The notes beneath the pieces were generated by a model. It did no database searches. It worked only from the letters and a program-made list of their open reading frames with translations, and was not told the DNA's origin. Shown one piece after another: positions 9,695 through 19,238 of a DNA stretch of 57,479 nucleotides (positions are counted from its first letter, which is position 1; every line of letters begins with the position of its first letter). Both the position numbers and the translations under genes were made by a program. The DNA comes from Promethearchaeota archaeon (GTDB lineage Archaea; Asgardarchaeota; Lokiarchaeia; Sigyniarchaeales; SOKP01). The stretch is taken from assembly GCA_048939995.1 (NCBI GenBank), contig JBHLOY010000014.1, positions 1 to 57,479 on the forward strand, in the 5' to 3' direction.

Positions 9695-10891
9695 TTAAAA
9701 CTTGTTAAAGATTGCATCAACAATGTTCTTTAGGTGTTTTGGATTTAATGCTATAAAATATAAATTGTAATTAAGAAAGCAATCTGGCATAGAGTGCTCG
9801 AATGCTTGATCATTCTTTTTAGAGTAATTCAAAATGCCCATACTGTGTAGAGCTTTCATAAGTTCAAAAAAATCATTTGAACTCTTATTATATCCTATAG
9901 ATTCACATGATATAAAGTATAGCTCTCTTAATTCACTAAAAGTAATATAGTAGTTAGAATTCTTTAGAAAATGATTCGATAAGTTATCGATAAAGAGTAA
10001 AGTAATTATATCCTCTTCAGAAACATAATTCAACAATGCAAAATCATCTGATATATGAATAGAATCGAATTGATTATGAAGTATCTCAATTATCTCGGAA
10101 TTATTAACAGCGTAGCGATTTGATAAAATAGGATAGAGTTCTCTCAATATATCAATTCCCTTTCCCGGTACAGGAACATAATGTTCAAAAATTAAATCTG
10201 TTATGAATTCTATCAATTCTTTATCAATTTCACTTATAAACGTTAAATTGACTCTTTGTTGAATGATATCAAAAAGTTCCTTAAAATTGTAGTAACTTAA
10301 CTTTTTTTTGAGATCAAATTGTTCAAGTAAATCTAAAGTACTGGGGGTGAGCACTTTATTTACTGTTGAGATTAGATTTATCTTTGATTCCTTACTATAT
10401 TGTAGAATTTTTTTGTAATATTTTGGCTTTAAATTTTCAATATTACTGAAAAGAAGGATTAAATTACTATTAGCTTTATTATTAATAAATTTAAAAGAAT
10501 TCCATAGTCCAGCTAGATTGCAGGTTAAAAGATTCGTAAAATTAAATTTGATATTACTTAATTTACTAATTTCAGTGATTAATGAAAAAAGTATCTCTTT
10601 AATACTCTTCTCTTTACAATCTATAGAAATTTTATGGATTTTTATAAGGCCAACTTCTAGTTCAACTAGATCTTGTACTACCTTGTTGACAATAACTTTT
10701 TTACCAATCCCTTGGACTCCTTGATATAATACATTTAAACAAAAATTATCAGAAAATGAATCTTTTAAAATAGAATAAAGGTTAGACTCCTCCTTTTTTC
10801 TATGCAGTATCTTAGGAGGAACATAATTCTGATCGTATATCGCACGTGGTCCTACGAAGTTGTTTACCAATTTTGATTTTGTGATCATCAT
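9695..10891 (-). CDS. Divergent Orc1/Cdc6-like AAA+ protein (degenerate Walker B)
   Basis: YVPPKILHRKKE, GVQGIGKK (Walker A variant), IDCKE, YNFKELFDIIQQRV and a C-terminal wHTH-like region. The Walker B position reads LFSNIENL. Confidence 0.75.
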   Translation of the reverse strand: MMITKSKLVNNFVGPRAIYDQNYVPPKILHRKKEESNLYSILKDSFSDNFCLNVLYQGVQGIGKKVIVNKVVQDLVELEVGLIKIHKISIDCKEKSIKEILFSLITEISKLSNIKFNFTNLLTCNLAGLWNSFKFINNKANSNLILLFSNIENLKPKYYKKILQYSKESKINLISTVNKVLTPSTLDLLEQFDLKKKLSYYNFKELFDIIQQRVNLTFISEIDKELIEFITDLIFEHYVPVPGKGIDILRELYPILSNRYAVNNSEIIEILHNQFDSIHISDDFALLNYVSEEDIITLLFIDNLSNHFLKNSNYYITFSELRELYFISCESIGYNKSSNDFFELMKALHSMGILNYSKKNDQAFEHSMPDCFLNYNLYFIALNPKHLKNIVDAIFNKF

Positions 10892-10995
10892 TTCTTATTT
10901 TTTAATTTTTGATATATAGTTTAAAAATTTATATTTAAACCCCCCCCAGACTGAGGTCATTAAAAGTAAAAATAGAAATTCTTTTTGGAACAGTA

Positions 10996-11814
10996 TTATT
11001 TTAAATACTTTACTTTAATTTTACTTTTTTCTTTTAGATCTTGAAATCTTAGAGCTCTAATTTTTTTTGGAAAGTTTATATCAATTGAATCATAAATAAA
11101 ACCATCTCCATTAAATGGTGCTTCTACAACTTTTAATTTTGAAGGTGAAATAAAACCTTGAACAAAGGAGATAATCTTACTATTTCCTGGAAATAATCTA
11201 TCAAAAAGTTTTCCAAATGTATTGCATGCAACTATAGGAACTCTATTTTCAAGGGCGCGGGCCTTAAGATAAATATTCCAATTTTCCATCCCTTCTTCTC
11301 TAATTTGAGTTGGGGAAAATAAAATATCTGCACTATTTTCGGTTGCTAATCTTGGAGTTTCAAAAAAAGCCATATCAAAACATATTAAAATCGCAAAATT
11401 AACATTCTTGAGATTAAAAATTATAAGACTTTTTCCTGCTTCAAATTGCTTTTTTTCATATGTATAGAGATGAATTTTATCTTGACGCCCTATTTCTTCA
11501 CCAGAATTATTGAAATAATAGCTTGTTATTACAGGCTTACCGCTTTCCTTTCGCCTTTCCCAAATCGCACCAGAAATGATGTTTATACTAAATTCTTTTG
11601 CTAGCTTTTTAATGAACAAATAATCAGCACCCCTTTCAACTTGAAAATTATCTGGAAAGTTTTTATTAAAAGGTACCCATCTTTCTGGTAGGCATATTAT
11701 ATCAAGATTCTGATAGGTTTCAATTAGTATCTTTAACAAACGTTCCACTTCAAAATAGCAACTTCTCCTACTATGAAAGACTTCAGGTTGAATACACCCA
11801 ACATTAATCGACAT
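10996..11814 (-). CDS. Carbon-nitrogen hydrolase (nitrilase superfamily)
   Basis: E-K-C triad in LPE, KIHL and ICFD; ARALEN motif. Confidence 0.9.
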   Translation of the reverse strand: MSINVGCIQPEVFHSRRSCYFEVERLLKILIETYQNLDIICLPERWVPFNKNFPDNFQVERGADYLFIKKLAKEFSINIISGAIWERRKESGKPVITSYYFNNSGEEIGRQDKIHLYTYEKKQFEAGKSLIIFNLKNVNFAILICFDMAFFETPRLATENSADILFSPTQIREEGMENWNIYLKARALENRVPIVACNTFGKLFDRLFPGNSKIISFVQGFISPSKLKVVEAPFNGDGFIYDSIDINFPKKIRALRFQDLKEKSKIKVKYLK

Positions 11815-12544
11815 TATTAATTTTTTCGATAATTGAAAATATTTGATTTAAATTTGATATTTCATAATCTTGTTTGAATTGAGGAGGAATTTTTTCACCA
11901 GTTTTATTTATATCATGTTTACCTCCACGATGTATATAAACACAGTGAATATTATTAAATTTGGCGGGTACAATATCCTTGTAAATGTTATCACCAATAT
12001 ACATAGTCTCTTCTCCTTTAACACCAAATTTTTCTAAAAAGAAAGAAAATAATCTCGGATTTGGTTTCCTTATACCTATTTCATCTGAAATTACTACTAA
12101 ATCAATCATATTTTCAAGATTTAATCTTAAGATTTTTTCATATTGCTTTATAGGTATTCCATCTGTAATAATAACTGTTTTTATTAATAATTTCTTCAAT
12201 TTTTCTAAACAGGGCATTACATCATCATATAGTTTTATATATTCAATCTTCTGAGCGTGATACGCCATAACTGCTGCAGCGATATATTTGTATTGCTCAT
12301 TGAAGGAGATTTCTTTCTTTTCTATTTCATTTAATCTTCTGATAAAATAGTCATAATGTTGGGATGAATTAGAACCATATTCTTCTACAATTTCTTGTAT
12401 CATTATAATTGCTTTTTGACGGTCAATATCTAAGCCTAAATTTATCATTGCATCTATGCCTTTAATTCTAGCTTTCTCTGAAAGACCGGTTGAATCAAAA
12501 AGACAATCATCCAAATCAAATCCTACCACTTTTACTGGGCACAT
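11804..12544 (-). CDS. HAD-superfamily hydrolase (subfamily IA)
   Basis: FDLDDCL, ITDG, RKPNP and IGDNIYKD motifs. Confidence 0.9.
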   Translation of the reverse strand: MCPVKVVGFDLDDCLFDSTGLSEKARIKGIDAMINLGLDIDRQKAIIMIQEIVEEYGSNSSQHYDYFIRRLNEIEKKEISFNEQYKYIAAAVMAYHAQKIEYIKLYDDVMPCLEKLKKLLIKTVIITDGIPIKQYEKILRLNLENMIDLVVISDEIGIRKPNPRLFSFFLEKFGVKGEETMYIGDNIYKDIVPAKFNNIHCVYIHRGGKHDINKTGEKIPPQFKQDYEISNLNQIFSIIEKINNVD

Positions 12545-12668
12545 TTTTTTTGAACAAGAAATTGTATATATTAGATAAATATAATTAGCTAATGGTTATA
12601 TAAAAAAATATTATTTATACTTGTTAAATTAGAGATAAAATTTGGGAAAAAAAAGACTAAAAGCGATA

Positions 12669-13499
12669 TTAGAGTTTAGCATAATTAGCTCTTGTAATAA
12701 AACCAAGAAATATTATGAAATTTACAATAATATCAAGCAATTCAGCTATAACAAATATAGATGGAATCTCCAAAGCTATTACCGTAATAACAGATCTTAT
12801 TAAACTAGAAGCAATTAAGCAAAGAAAAGCAATACCAATTAATAAAGCGTTTGCTTGAGATAATCTCTTATTTTTGTACATAAAGAAAAACATAATTGCT
12901 ATAACTAGATATATTCCTAAAGTGAAGTAAGGAAGTGCGATAATTAAGGAATTTAGGTTGGGAGCGAATATAATGATAAAAAGTACTATCATTAGATAAA
13001 ATCCAATTATTCCTAGTCTAATTTTATTAAATTGTGATTTAGTAACATTTTTAACATAGGCACTTATGAGAGCTAATGTTGTTTCTAATCCAATATAGAG
13101 GATTGGCATTAAATTTAGAGTAATGATAAAATATCTGATTTTAGTTATAAGCAATACAAAATCTGCGGTAACTCCCTCACTAAAAGTTATTAAATTAATA
13201 TATAAATCATACATCTTCCCTACTATAAGAATTGAGAAAAATAAAGCAAATAAAAAGTAAGCATCTGAAACATAGATTCTTTCTTGCTTAAACCATTTAG
13301 AATAAAGGATGGAACTCATTATTACCAAAATTATGATTCTGATTACACCAGAAATAACTGCAAACCATGCTCCTTCAACTTGGTTTAGAACAATAGCTAA
13401 TTCATTCCAAAAGAGAATAAATAATAAACTAAATCCTATTAGCACCAATATACCAATTATTATTAAATAAATTTTAAATTTCTTCTTTTTATTTTCCAT
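12669..13499 (-). CDS. Hypothetical multi-pass membrane protein
   Basis: 276-aa ORF with about 8 hydrophobic segments; no family recognised. Confidence 0.7.
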   Translation of the reverse strand: MENKKKKFKIYLIIIGILVLIGFSLLFILFWNELAIVLNQVEGAWFAVISGVIRIIILVIMSSILYSKWFKQERIYVSDAYFLFALFFSILIVGKMYDLYINLITFSEGVTADFVLLITKIRYFIITLNLMPILYIGLETTLALISAYVKNVTKSQFNKIRLGIIGFYLMIVLFIIIFAPNLNSLIIALPYFTLGIYLVIAIMFFFMYKNKRLSQANALLIGIAFLCLIASSLIRSVITVIALEIPSIFVIAELLDIIVNFIIFLGFITRANYAKL

Positions 13500-13698
13500 T
13501 TTTATTCATATGAAGTATATTTACATAACTATAAAAACCCAAAAAAAATCCTATATTTCAAATTACAAATATCCAGAAATATTAATATATCAAATAAATT
13601 ATATAGCTTCTTGAGAATTAATTTAAAATAAATTTAAAGAAAAATTTTTTTACTTAATATTCGATATAAAGCTTTCAAAAAGCGAGATTATAATCTTA

Positions 13699-14874
13699 AT
13701 GGAGCAGTTGCAGTTGACTACTATTGTTGCTTTATCATATTTTCACCGAAAAATTGGTCCTATAGTATTTTATTCTTATCCAAATGATATTTTAGATGAG
13801 CAATTGTCTGCTAGAATTGCTAATATTATGGATCAGACTGTAAGTGAAGGCTTCTTTACTCATTCGTTTGAAAATAGAAATTCAATGAATTTTTATTTCG
13901 AGATTTACTCAGACTGGGCACGTGGGAACCAAGAAATGTTGATGGTATCACTAATATTTAATCGTCAAACTAATTCTGAAATTGAGCAAAATGTTTTACT
14001 CTTATGTAATGAATTTATAGAAAGACTCCAATCAAATGATGAGATTTTTACTGCTTTTTATATCAATGATATTAATAATTTTGATGATTATGATAAAGAG
14101 TTAATTTTAAGGAATAATTCTTTAATAAAAACATGGGTTAAAGAGTTATACTGGGCTACTCTTGAAGAAACCCGAGAAAAAAGCGAAGAGGAAAAAATTG
14201 CTATTTTATTGAATAAACAGCATATCTTTTCAACTTTAAAAAAACTGTCTAAAGGACCTATAACTTTAGAGGGTTTAAACGAATGGTATAATAAAAATTT
14301 CCCTGACTTAAATTTTAAGGAGCTTATTAATATTTTAGAAGATAGACAATTCATTTTCATAAATCAAATTGGTTTTGTTGAAAAATATGTATTATTATTA
14401 AAGGAAGTTAATGCTGAAAGAATACCACCAGATAGTGTTATTGAATATATTGATGAAACCCCAGAACAAATAGAGAGAGAATTGATTGATTTACTGATTC
14501 CAAAAGTTCAAGAGTATTTCAGTATCTATGAAAATAAAAATAAAAATGAATTAGAAGAGGATACTCTAACGTTATTTCAAATAATCTCTGATCCAAGAAA
14601 GTATAACGTTCTTTCAGAGTTAAGAAATGGTTTAATCTCAAAGGATAAACTTCCAAAGCTTGTTTCTAAACGAACACTCGATCATTTAAATTTTTCATTA
14701 GATTTTCTAAAAAAATATGACGTAATTGAGGAATTGAAGTTTAAAAATGAAACGTATATAGTTTTGAAAACAAATATTCAAATAACAACAGCTTTTCCCG
14801 AATATTTAAGGAAATTATTACCAAAAGAAAGTAAACCTGTTGTTGCAAAGAAGTATGTTCCAAAAAACCGGTAA
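13699..14874 (+). CDS. Longin/uDENN-like protein (NPR2-like N-terminus) with probable C-terminal winged helices
   Basis: N-terminal LSYFHRKIGPIVFYSYP matches the FHxxxGPxxxxxxP start of uDENN/longin domains; SDWARG loop. Confidence 0.6.
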   Translation: MEQLQLTTIVALSYFHRKIGPIVFYSYPNDILDEQLSARIANIMDQTVSEGFFTHSFENRNSMNFYFEIYSDWARGNQEMLMVSLIFNRQTNSEIEQNVLLLCNEFIERLQSNDEIFTAFYINDINNFDDYDKELILRNNSLIKTWVKELYWATLEETREKSEEEKIAILLNKQHIFSTLKKLSKGPITLEGLNEWYNKNFPDLNFKELINILEDRQFIFINQIGFVEKYVLLLKEVNAERIPPDSVIEYIDETPEQIERELIDLLIPKVQEYFSIYENKNKNELEEDTLTLFQIISDPRKYNVLSELRNGLISKDKLPKLVSKRTLDHLNFSLDFLKKYDVIEELKFKNETYIVLKTNIQITTAFPEYLRKLLPKESKPVVAKKYVPKNR

Positions 14875-14937
14875 GTTTGCATTTGATATGAAATTTCTAA
14901 ATTGAATTTCTTAAAATGTTTATAAGGAAGAAATAAA

Positions 14938-15192
14938 ATGAAAAAAGGGGAAGAAACTACTGACAACATAAAATATCTTTTAGGAGATATGGGAATGGAA
15001 ATTTTTTATGCTATAGAAAGTGGAGCCAAAGATATTGAAACAATTAAGATTTTTTCTGGAATATCAATTGAATGTATAAGAGGAAGACTTCCTGTGTTAA
15101 TAGATCTAGAATTAGTTATGAAAAATGAAAAAGGATTGTTTGTAACTAATAAAGGTATCAATTTTAAAAAAAAAATAGGATTATCTCATTAA
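14938..15192 (+). CDS. Small winged-helix protein
   Basis: HTH pattern followed by LIDLELV...LFVTNKG wing. Confidence 0.6.
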   Translation: MKKGEETTDNIKYLLGDMGMEIFYAIESGAKDIETIKIFSGISIECIRGRLPVLIDLELVMKNEKGLFVTNKGINFKKKIGLSH

Positions 15193-15198
15193 TTTAAA

Positions 15199-15270
15199 TT
15201 TCAGATTGGGGCGACAACGTCATTGCTACGAGCAATAGCTCAAATCTCTTGTCATAAGGTCATCATCAAT
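15199..15270 (-). ncRNA. C/D box guide sRNA; D guide predicted to direct Gm2251 (E. coli numbering) in the 23S P-loop
   Basis: Box C ATGATGA at 15266-15260 and box D CTGA at 15204-15201. D guide TTGTCGCCCCAAT is complementary to the conserved UGGGGCGGCA. Confidence 0.8.
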
Positions 15271-15304
15271 CTAAATCATTGAATGATATTAATCAATAAA
15301 ATTA

Positions 15305-15763
15305 TTAAATCTTTTTGTCATAAAAATTTTTTTCATAATAACCTGGTGTTTTAAATCCCCCACATTCTTCAATTAGTTTCTTCAAGCCATCCTTCTTTTG
15401 TATTTGATTTCTGAGCTTTTTGTATGTTTGATGGGTGATCTCCTTTCTTTTGTGTAAATAATCCAATATTTCAATTGCTTCATTCTTGGTACTACATCTT
15501 CTTATGAAGTCTATTACTCCTGGATTTTTTAAATCTTCATGATAATCTTGAGTTTCATTGAGTTTATTATCTCCACTATTAGGCTCAATACTTAGATTTA
15601 CGGAATTTATCTTTAATATATTTTTTTTATTAGAAATTTCTGACATCAAATTAGGAAATTGTTTTTCCAATTCGTTTTTTTCATAACTAATATGAAGACC
15701 TTCAGAATCAATTATTTTTGGTTTTTTTAAAGGCTTTTCCTTATCTTTCTGATCTTTATCCAT
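15305..15763 (-). CDS. DUF2095 family protein
   Basis: PGVIDFIRRC...EAIEILDYL...EI and terminal K.PGYY, typical of this archaeal family. Confidence 0.75.
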   Translation of the reverse strand: MDKDQKDKEKPLKKPKIIDSEGLHISYEKNELEKQFPNLMSEISNKKNILKINSVNLSIEPNSGDNKLNETQDYHEDLKNPGVIDFIRRCSTKNEAIEILDYLHKRKEITHQTYKKLRNQIQKKDGLKKLIEECGGFKTPGYYEKNFYDKKI

Positions 15764-15953
15764 TTACAACTGGTTATATTTTAACAGATTCCTCGAAGAA
15801 TCGTTAAACAAAATAATTCAATTAAAAATATATAATTTATTAATTAGAGGTTAAAGTGAAATTTTGTTATTAAGAGTTCTTTTAATTAAAATGAAAAAAT
15901 TAATTAATTTATATTTATTTTAATAACTACTCTCAATTAAAAAATGAGAAGTC

Positions 15954-16538
15954 ATGAAGTCTGGATATAATTTTGTAAAAGAAACTTTCGAAAAAGAGGA
16001 AACAGGATATAAAACTCCCCATTGGTATAGAGGAATTGCCTATCGGAAAGGAAAATCTATTCAGCGGATTGAAAAACCAACTAAATTACATAGAGCAAGG
16101 TCATTAGGGTATAAGGCAAAACAGGGTTATGTTATTGTTAGAGTACGAATCAGAAAAGGAGGAATGCGCAAAGTTCGACCAAAAAGAGGTAGGAAGCCTC
16201 GAGCATTGGGGGTTACAAAATATACACCCGGGAAAAATTTACAATGGATCGCTGAAGAACGAGTTCAAAGAAAATATCCAAATATGGAAGTATTAAATAG
16301 TTACAAGATTTACTCAGATGGGAAAAATTGGTATTATGAGGTTATTCTAGTTGACCCACACCATCCTGTAATAAAATCAGATCCTAAAATTAATTGGATA
16401 TCTCAACCACCCCAAAATAGAAGAGTTAATCGTGGATTAACATCTGCTGGAAAAAGATCAAGAGGACTACATAGAAAAGGTTGGGGATCTGAGAAAACAA
16501 GACCGAGCTTATCAGCAAACAAAGGGCTTGGTAAATAG
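15954..16538 (+). CDS. rpl15e: 50S ribosomal protein L15e
   Basis: ARSLGYKAKQG, WIAEERV, EVILVDP and RGLTSAG. Confidence 0.98.
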   Translation: MKSGYNFVKETFEKEETGYKTPHWYRGIAYRKGKSIQRIEKPTKLHRARSLGYKAKQGYVIVRVRIRKGGMRKVRPKRGRKPRALGVTKYTPGKNLQWIAEERVQRKYPNMEVLNSYKIYSDGKNWYYEVILVDPHHPVIKSDPKINWISQPPQNRRVNRGLTSAGKRSRGLHRKGWGSEKTRPSLSANKGLGK

Positions 16539-16572
16539 ATTTAGTTTAAATTTTTTTCTTAAAAAAAATTAA

Positions 16573-17379
16573 TTATAGTTTGTTGATACTTACTGTCATA
16601 CCTCCATCTAAGACGATATTTTGCCCAGTTATGTAATCAGCTGCGGGAGATGCTAGAAATAGAGCTACATCAGCAACATCTTTTGCTTCTCCAATTCTAT
16701 CTATAGGAAGCTTCACACCTCTAGTTTGTAGAAGCATTCTAATCAGCTTCGGATCATTATTATATATAGGAGTTAATAATACTCCTGGTGAAATCGCATT
16801 TACAGTAATATTATTAGGGCCTAATTCAAGAGCCCATAATTTAGTAAACGCGAGAAGTGCTGCTTTACTAACACTATAAATACCAAAAAAAGGATTGTAA
16901 CCCCCTTCAATCCCTGCACAAGATATGATATTGATAATTTTACCTACTATTGGTTTAAATTGCTTTTGTCTCTTCATTCTTCTAAAAAAAGTTCTTGATA
17001 CATTCCATGCTCCCTTAGCATTAACTGCCATAACTTTATCATAGACTTGTTCTTTAGTTTTTAATGATGTATATAAACCACTATCAATACCTGCATTATT
17101 TACTAATAAAAATACATTATCAAACTTCTCAAAGACTTGATCTGCCATTGCTTTTACTTCATTTGAATTTGAAATGTCTGCTTTTACAATAAGTACCTCT
17201 ACATTAAAATTATTTAAGATAATATCTTGAGTTTCTTTCAGACCTTCCATATTAATGTCATTTATTACGATATCCGCACCTTTACTTGCGAAGGATTTTG
17301 CCATTTCTCTTCCAAAACCACTACTTCCCGCTCCTGTTATAAGCGTAACTTTTCCTTCTAAAAATTTTTCATGAATAAT
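16573..17379 (-). CDS. Short-chain dehydrogenase/reductase; start must be ATT (17379/17376) unless TGA 17382-17380 is read through
   Basis: Rossmann motif LITGAGSSGFG lies upstream of the ORF-track ATG; NNAG, YSVSK (YxxxK) and ITGQ...DGG. Confidence 0.9.
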   Translation of the reverse strand: MIHEKFLEGKVTLITGAGSSGFGREMAKSFASKGADIVINDINMEGLKETQDIILNNFNVEVLIVKADISNSNEVKAMADQVFEKFDNVFLLVNNAGIDSGLYTSLKTKEQVYDKVMAVNAKGAWNVSRTFFRRMKRQKQFKPIVGKIINIISCAGIEGGYNPFFGIYSVSKAALLAFTKLWALELGPNNITVNAISPGVLLTPIYNNDPKLIRMLLQTRGVKLPIDRIGEAKDVADVALFLASPAADYITGQNIVLDGGMTVSINKL

Positions 17380-17409
17380 TCAATCACCTTTCATAAGAAA
17401 TGATTTTAA

Positions 17410-19140
17410 TTAACCATATAAACCTTTACTCTTCTTATAAAGACCAAGTAATTTCATTGCTGATGGTGTTTCAAAAGCAATATCAACATCAATTACTGCG
17501 GGTTTTTTAGAATTGATGGCTCGTTGTATTGCCAATTTTATATCTTCTGGGTTATCAATCTTCTCAACATAACATCCAAAACCACGAGCAATTTCAGCGT
17601 AATTTATTGGTGGAAATTCAACATCACAATATCTTTTATCAAAATTTAGTTTTTGATTTGATTTTATCATTCCCCAAGAACAATTATTTCCAATAATAGT
17701 AATTATGGGCAAATTCAACCTCACTGCAGTTTCCAATTCTTGCACATTAAACATAAAACTCCCATCTCCTGTGATACATACAACTAATTTATCTGGTTTG
17801 GCCATTTGTACTGCAATAGCATAGGGGATTCCAATTCCTAAGTGACCCATTGAGACTGAACGGAAAAAGCTTCTTGGCGGATGTGGTTTTAGACTGATTA
17901 AGTCTAATGAAAATAGAAAAATATCACCACCATCAATAACTAATTGAGAATCCTCTCGAATGGATTCCAAGACCTCATATATAAGTCTGTGAGGTTTCAT
18001 CGGTAATTTATTAGATTTTAGCATTTTCTCGAATTGTTGTTTATCAGCTTTCCTTACATCCTGCAAATAGTCATTCCATTGAGACCATTCAGATACTTTT
18101 CCTTTTGGAAGTTTCTTTTCCATTTCTTCTAATAATTGATTAATAACAGCTTTAGCATCTCCAATAATAGCGACACTAACAGGTCTATTTTTACCTATTT
18201 CAGTTGGATCTATATCAATTTGAATAATTTTTTGATCTTGATTCCAAATTGGGGGTGCTCCGTAAATAATTGTATGATCCCATTTACATCCAAGAGAAAT
18301 TATCACATCTGCTTCACTAGCAGCTTTTCTATATGCCATTGCTGTCAATTTCCCTCCTACAAATGTTTTATTTGTTATGACGGCTCCGATCCCACTTAAA
18401 GTCGTTCCGCTAGGAATATTATATGTTTCTGATAACTTTTTTAATTCGTTAAAGGCTTCTGAAGCAATAACACCACCTCCAGCAACAATTAAAGGTTTGT
18501 TGGCAGTCTGGATAAGTTCTATTGCCTTTACTATGCTTTCAATGTTTCCCGCAGGTCTATGTAATGGACGATATTTCGAGGGTTCGAGAATATTTTTAAA
18601 ATCATCTTCTGAAGCTTTCCTAACTAATGCTGTCTCTCTTAATTCAAGAAAGACTGGCCCCCTTCTTCCTGACATAGCGCTTTTTATACACCTTTGAACA
18701 GCACGCGGTATTTCATACGGATCCTCAACAGATACCTGTAATTTTGTGATCGGCTTCATTAAACTCATTTGGTCTAAGTCACCTTGTAATATTCCAATGT
18801 TATCAAACATCCTTGCAATTTGAGCACCAATTACTAACATAGGGATTGAGTCAGCATATGCAGCAGCTACAGCAGGAACTAAATGAGTAACTCCTGGTCC
18901 TGCAGTTCCTAAACAAACCCCTATTTCTCCCGTCGCCCTTGCCCATGCATCTGCCATATGCCCTCCTGCTTGTTCGTGTCGAACCATTATAGTGTCAATA
19001 CCCTCCTCGCGACCCCAACGTTCAATCGCATCATAAATTGGGAGTAATTCTCCACCTATAATTCCAAAAATTTTAGTAACACCCTCTTTCAGAAGACATT
19101 TAACAAGCAAATCCCCGCCATTATATACTTGTTTTGACAT
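17410..19140 (-). CDS. Thiamine-diphosphate-dependent enzyme (acetolactate synthase / 2-hydroxyacyl-CoA lyase-like)
   Basis: VRHEQ, GTAGPG, GPVFLE and ThDP motif GDGSF...NN. Confidence 0.9.
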   Translation of the reverse strand: MSKQVYNGGDLLVKCLLKEGVTKIFGIIGGELLPIYDAIERWGREEGIDTIMVRHEQAGGHMADAWARATGEIGVCLGTAGPGVTHLVPAVAAAYADSIPMLVIGAQIARMFDNIGILQGDLDQMSLMKPITKLQVSVEDPYEIPRAVQRCIKSAMSGRRGPVFLELRETALVRKASEDDFKNILEPSKYRPLHRPAGNIESIVKAIELIQTANKPLIVAGGGVIASEAFNELKKLSETYNIPSGTTLSGIGAVITNKTFVGGKLTAMAYRKAASEADVIISLGCKWDHTIIYGAPPIWNQDQKIIQIDIDPTEIGKNRPVSVAIIGDAKAVINQLLEEMEKKLPKGKVSEWSQWNDYLQDVRKADKQQFEKMLKSNKLPMKPHRLIYEVLESIREDSQLVIDGGDIFLFSLDLISLKPHPPRSFFRSVSMGHLGIGIPYAIAVQMAKPDKLVVCITGDGSFMFNVQELETAVRLNLPIITIIGNNCSWGMIKSNQKLNFDKRYCDVEFPPINYAEIARGFGCYVEKIDNPEDIKLAIQRAINSKKPAVIDVDIAFETPSAMKLLGLYKKSKGLYG

Positions 19141-19238
19141 ATTATTGAGTATTAAATATGAAAATTAAACTTTTTTAAAGGCCAAGCTATTACTAAATTT
19201 ATAAAAAGTTAAAATAACTCAACTAGCTTTATAATAAC

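Noticed and set aside
10935-10995. G8 string and GTTCCA upstream of the cdc6-like gene as an ORB
   Set aside because: The two parts are about 40 nt apart and the TCCA-x-T-x-GAAA core is missing; it is a single copy only.
15782-15806. Small hairpin TAACAGATTC-N6-GAATCGTTA between DUF2095 and rpl15e
   Set aside because: Short and weak, with no supporting motif.
17380-17382. Selenocysteine at the in-frame TGA codons before SDR/ABCE1
   Set aside because: The positions precede the conserved domains and do not align to catalytic Cys residues; no SECIS was recognised.
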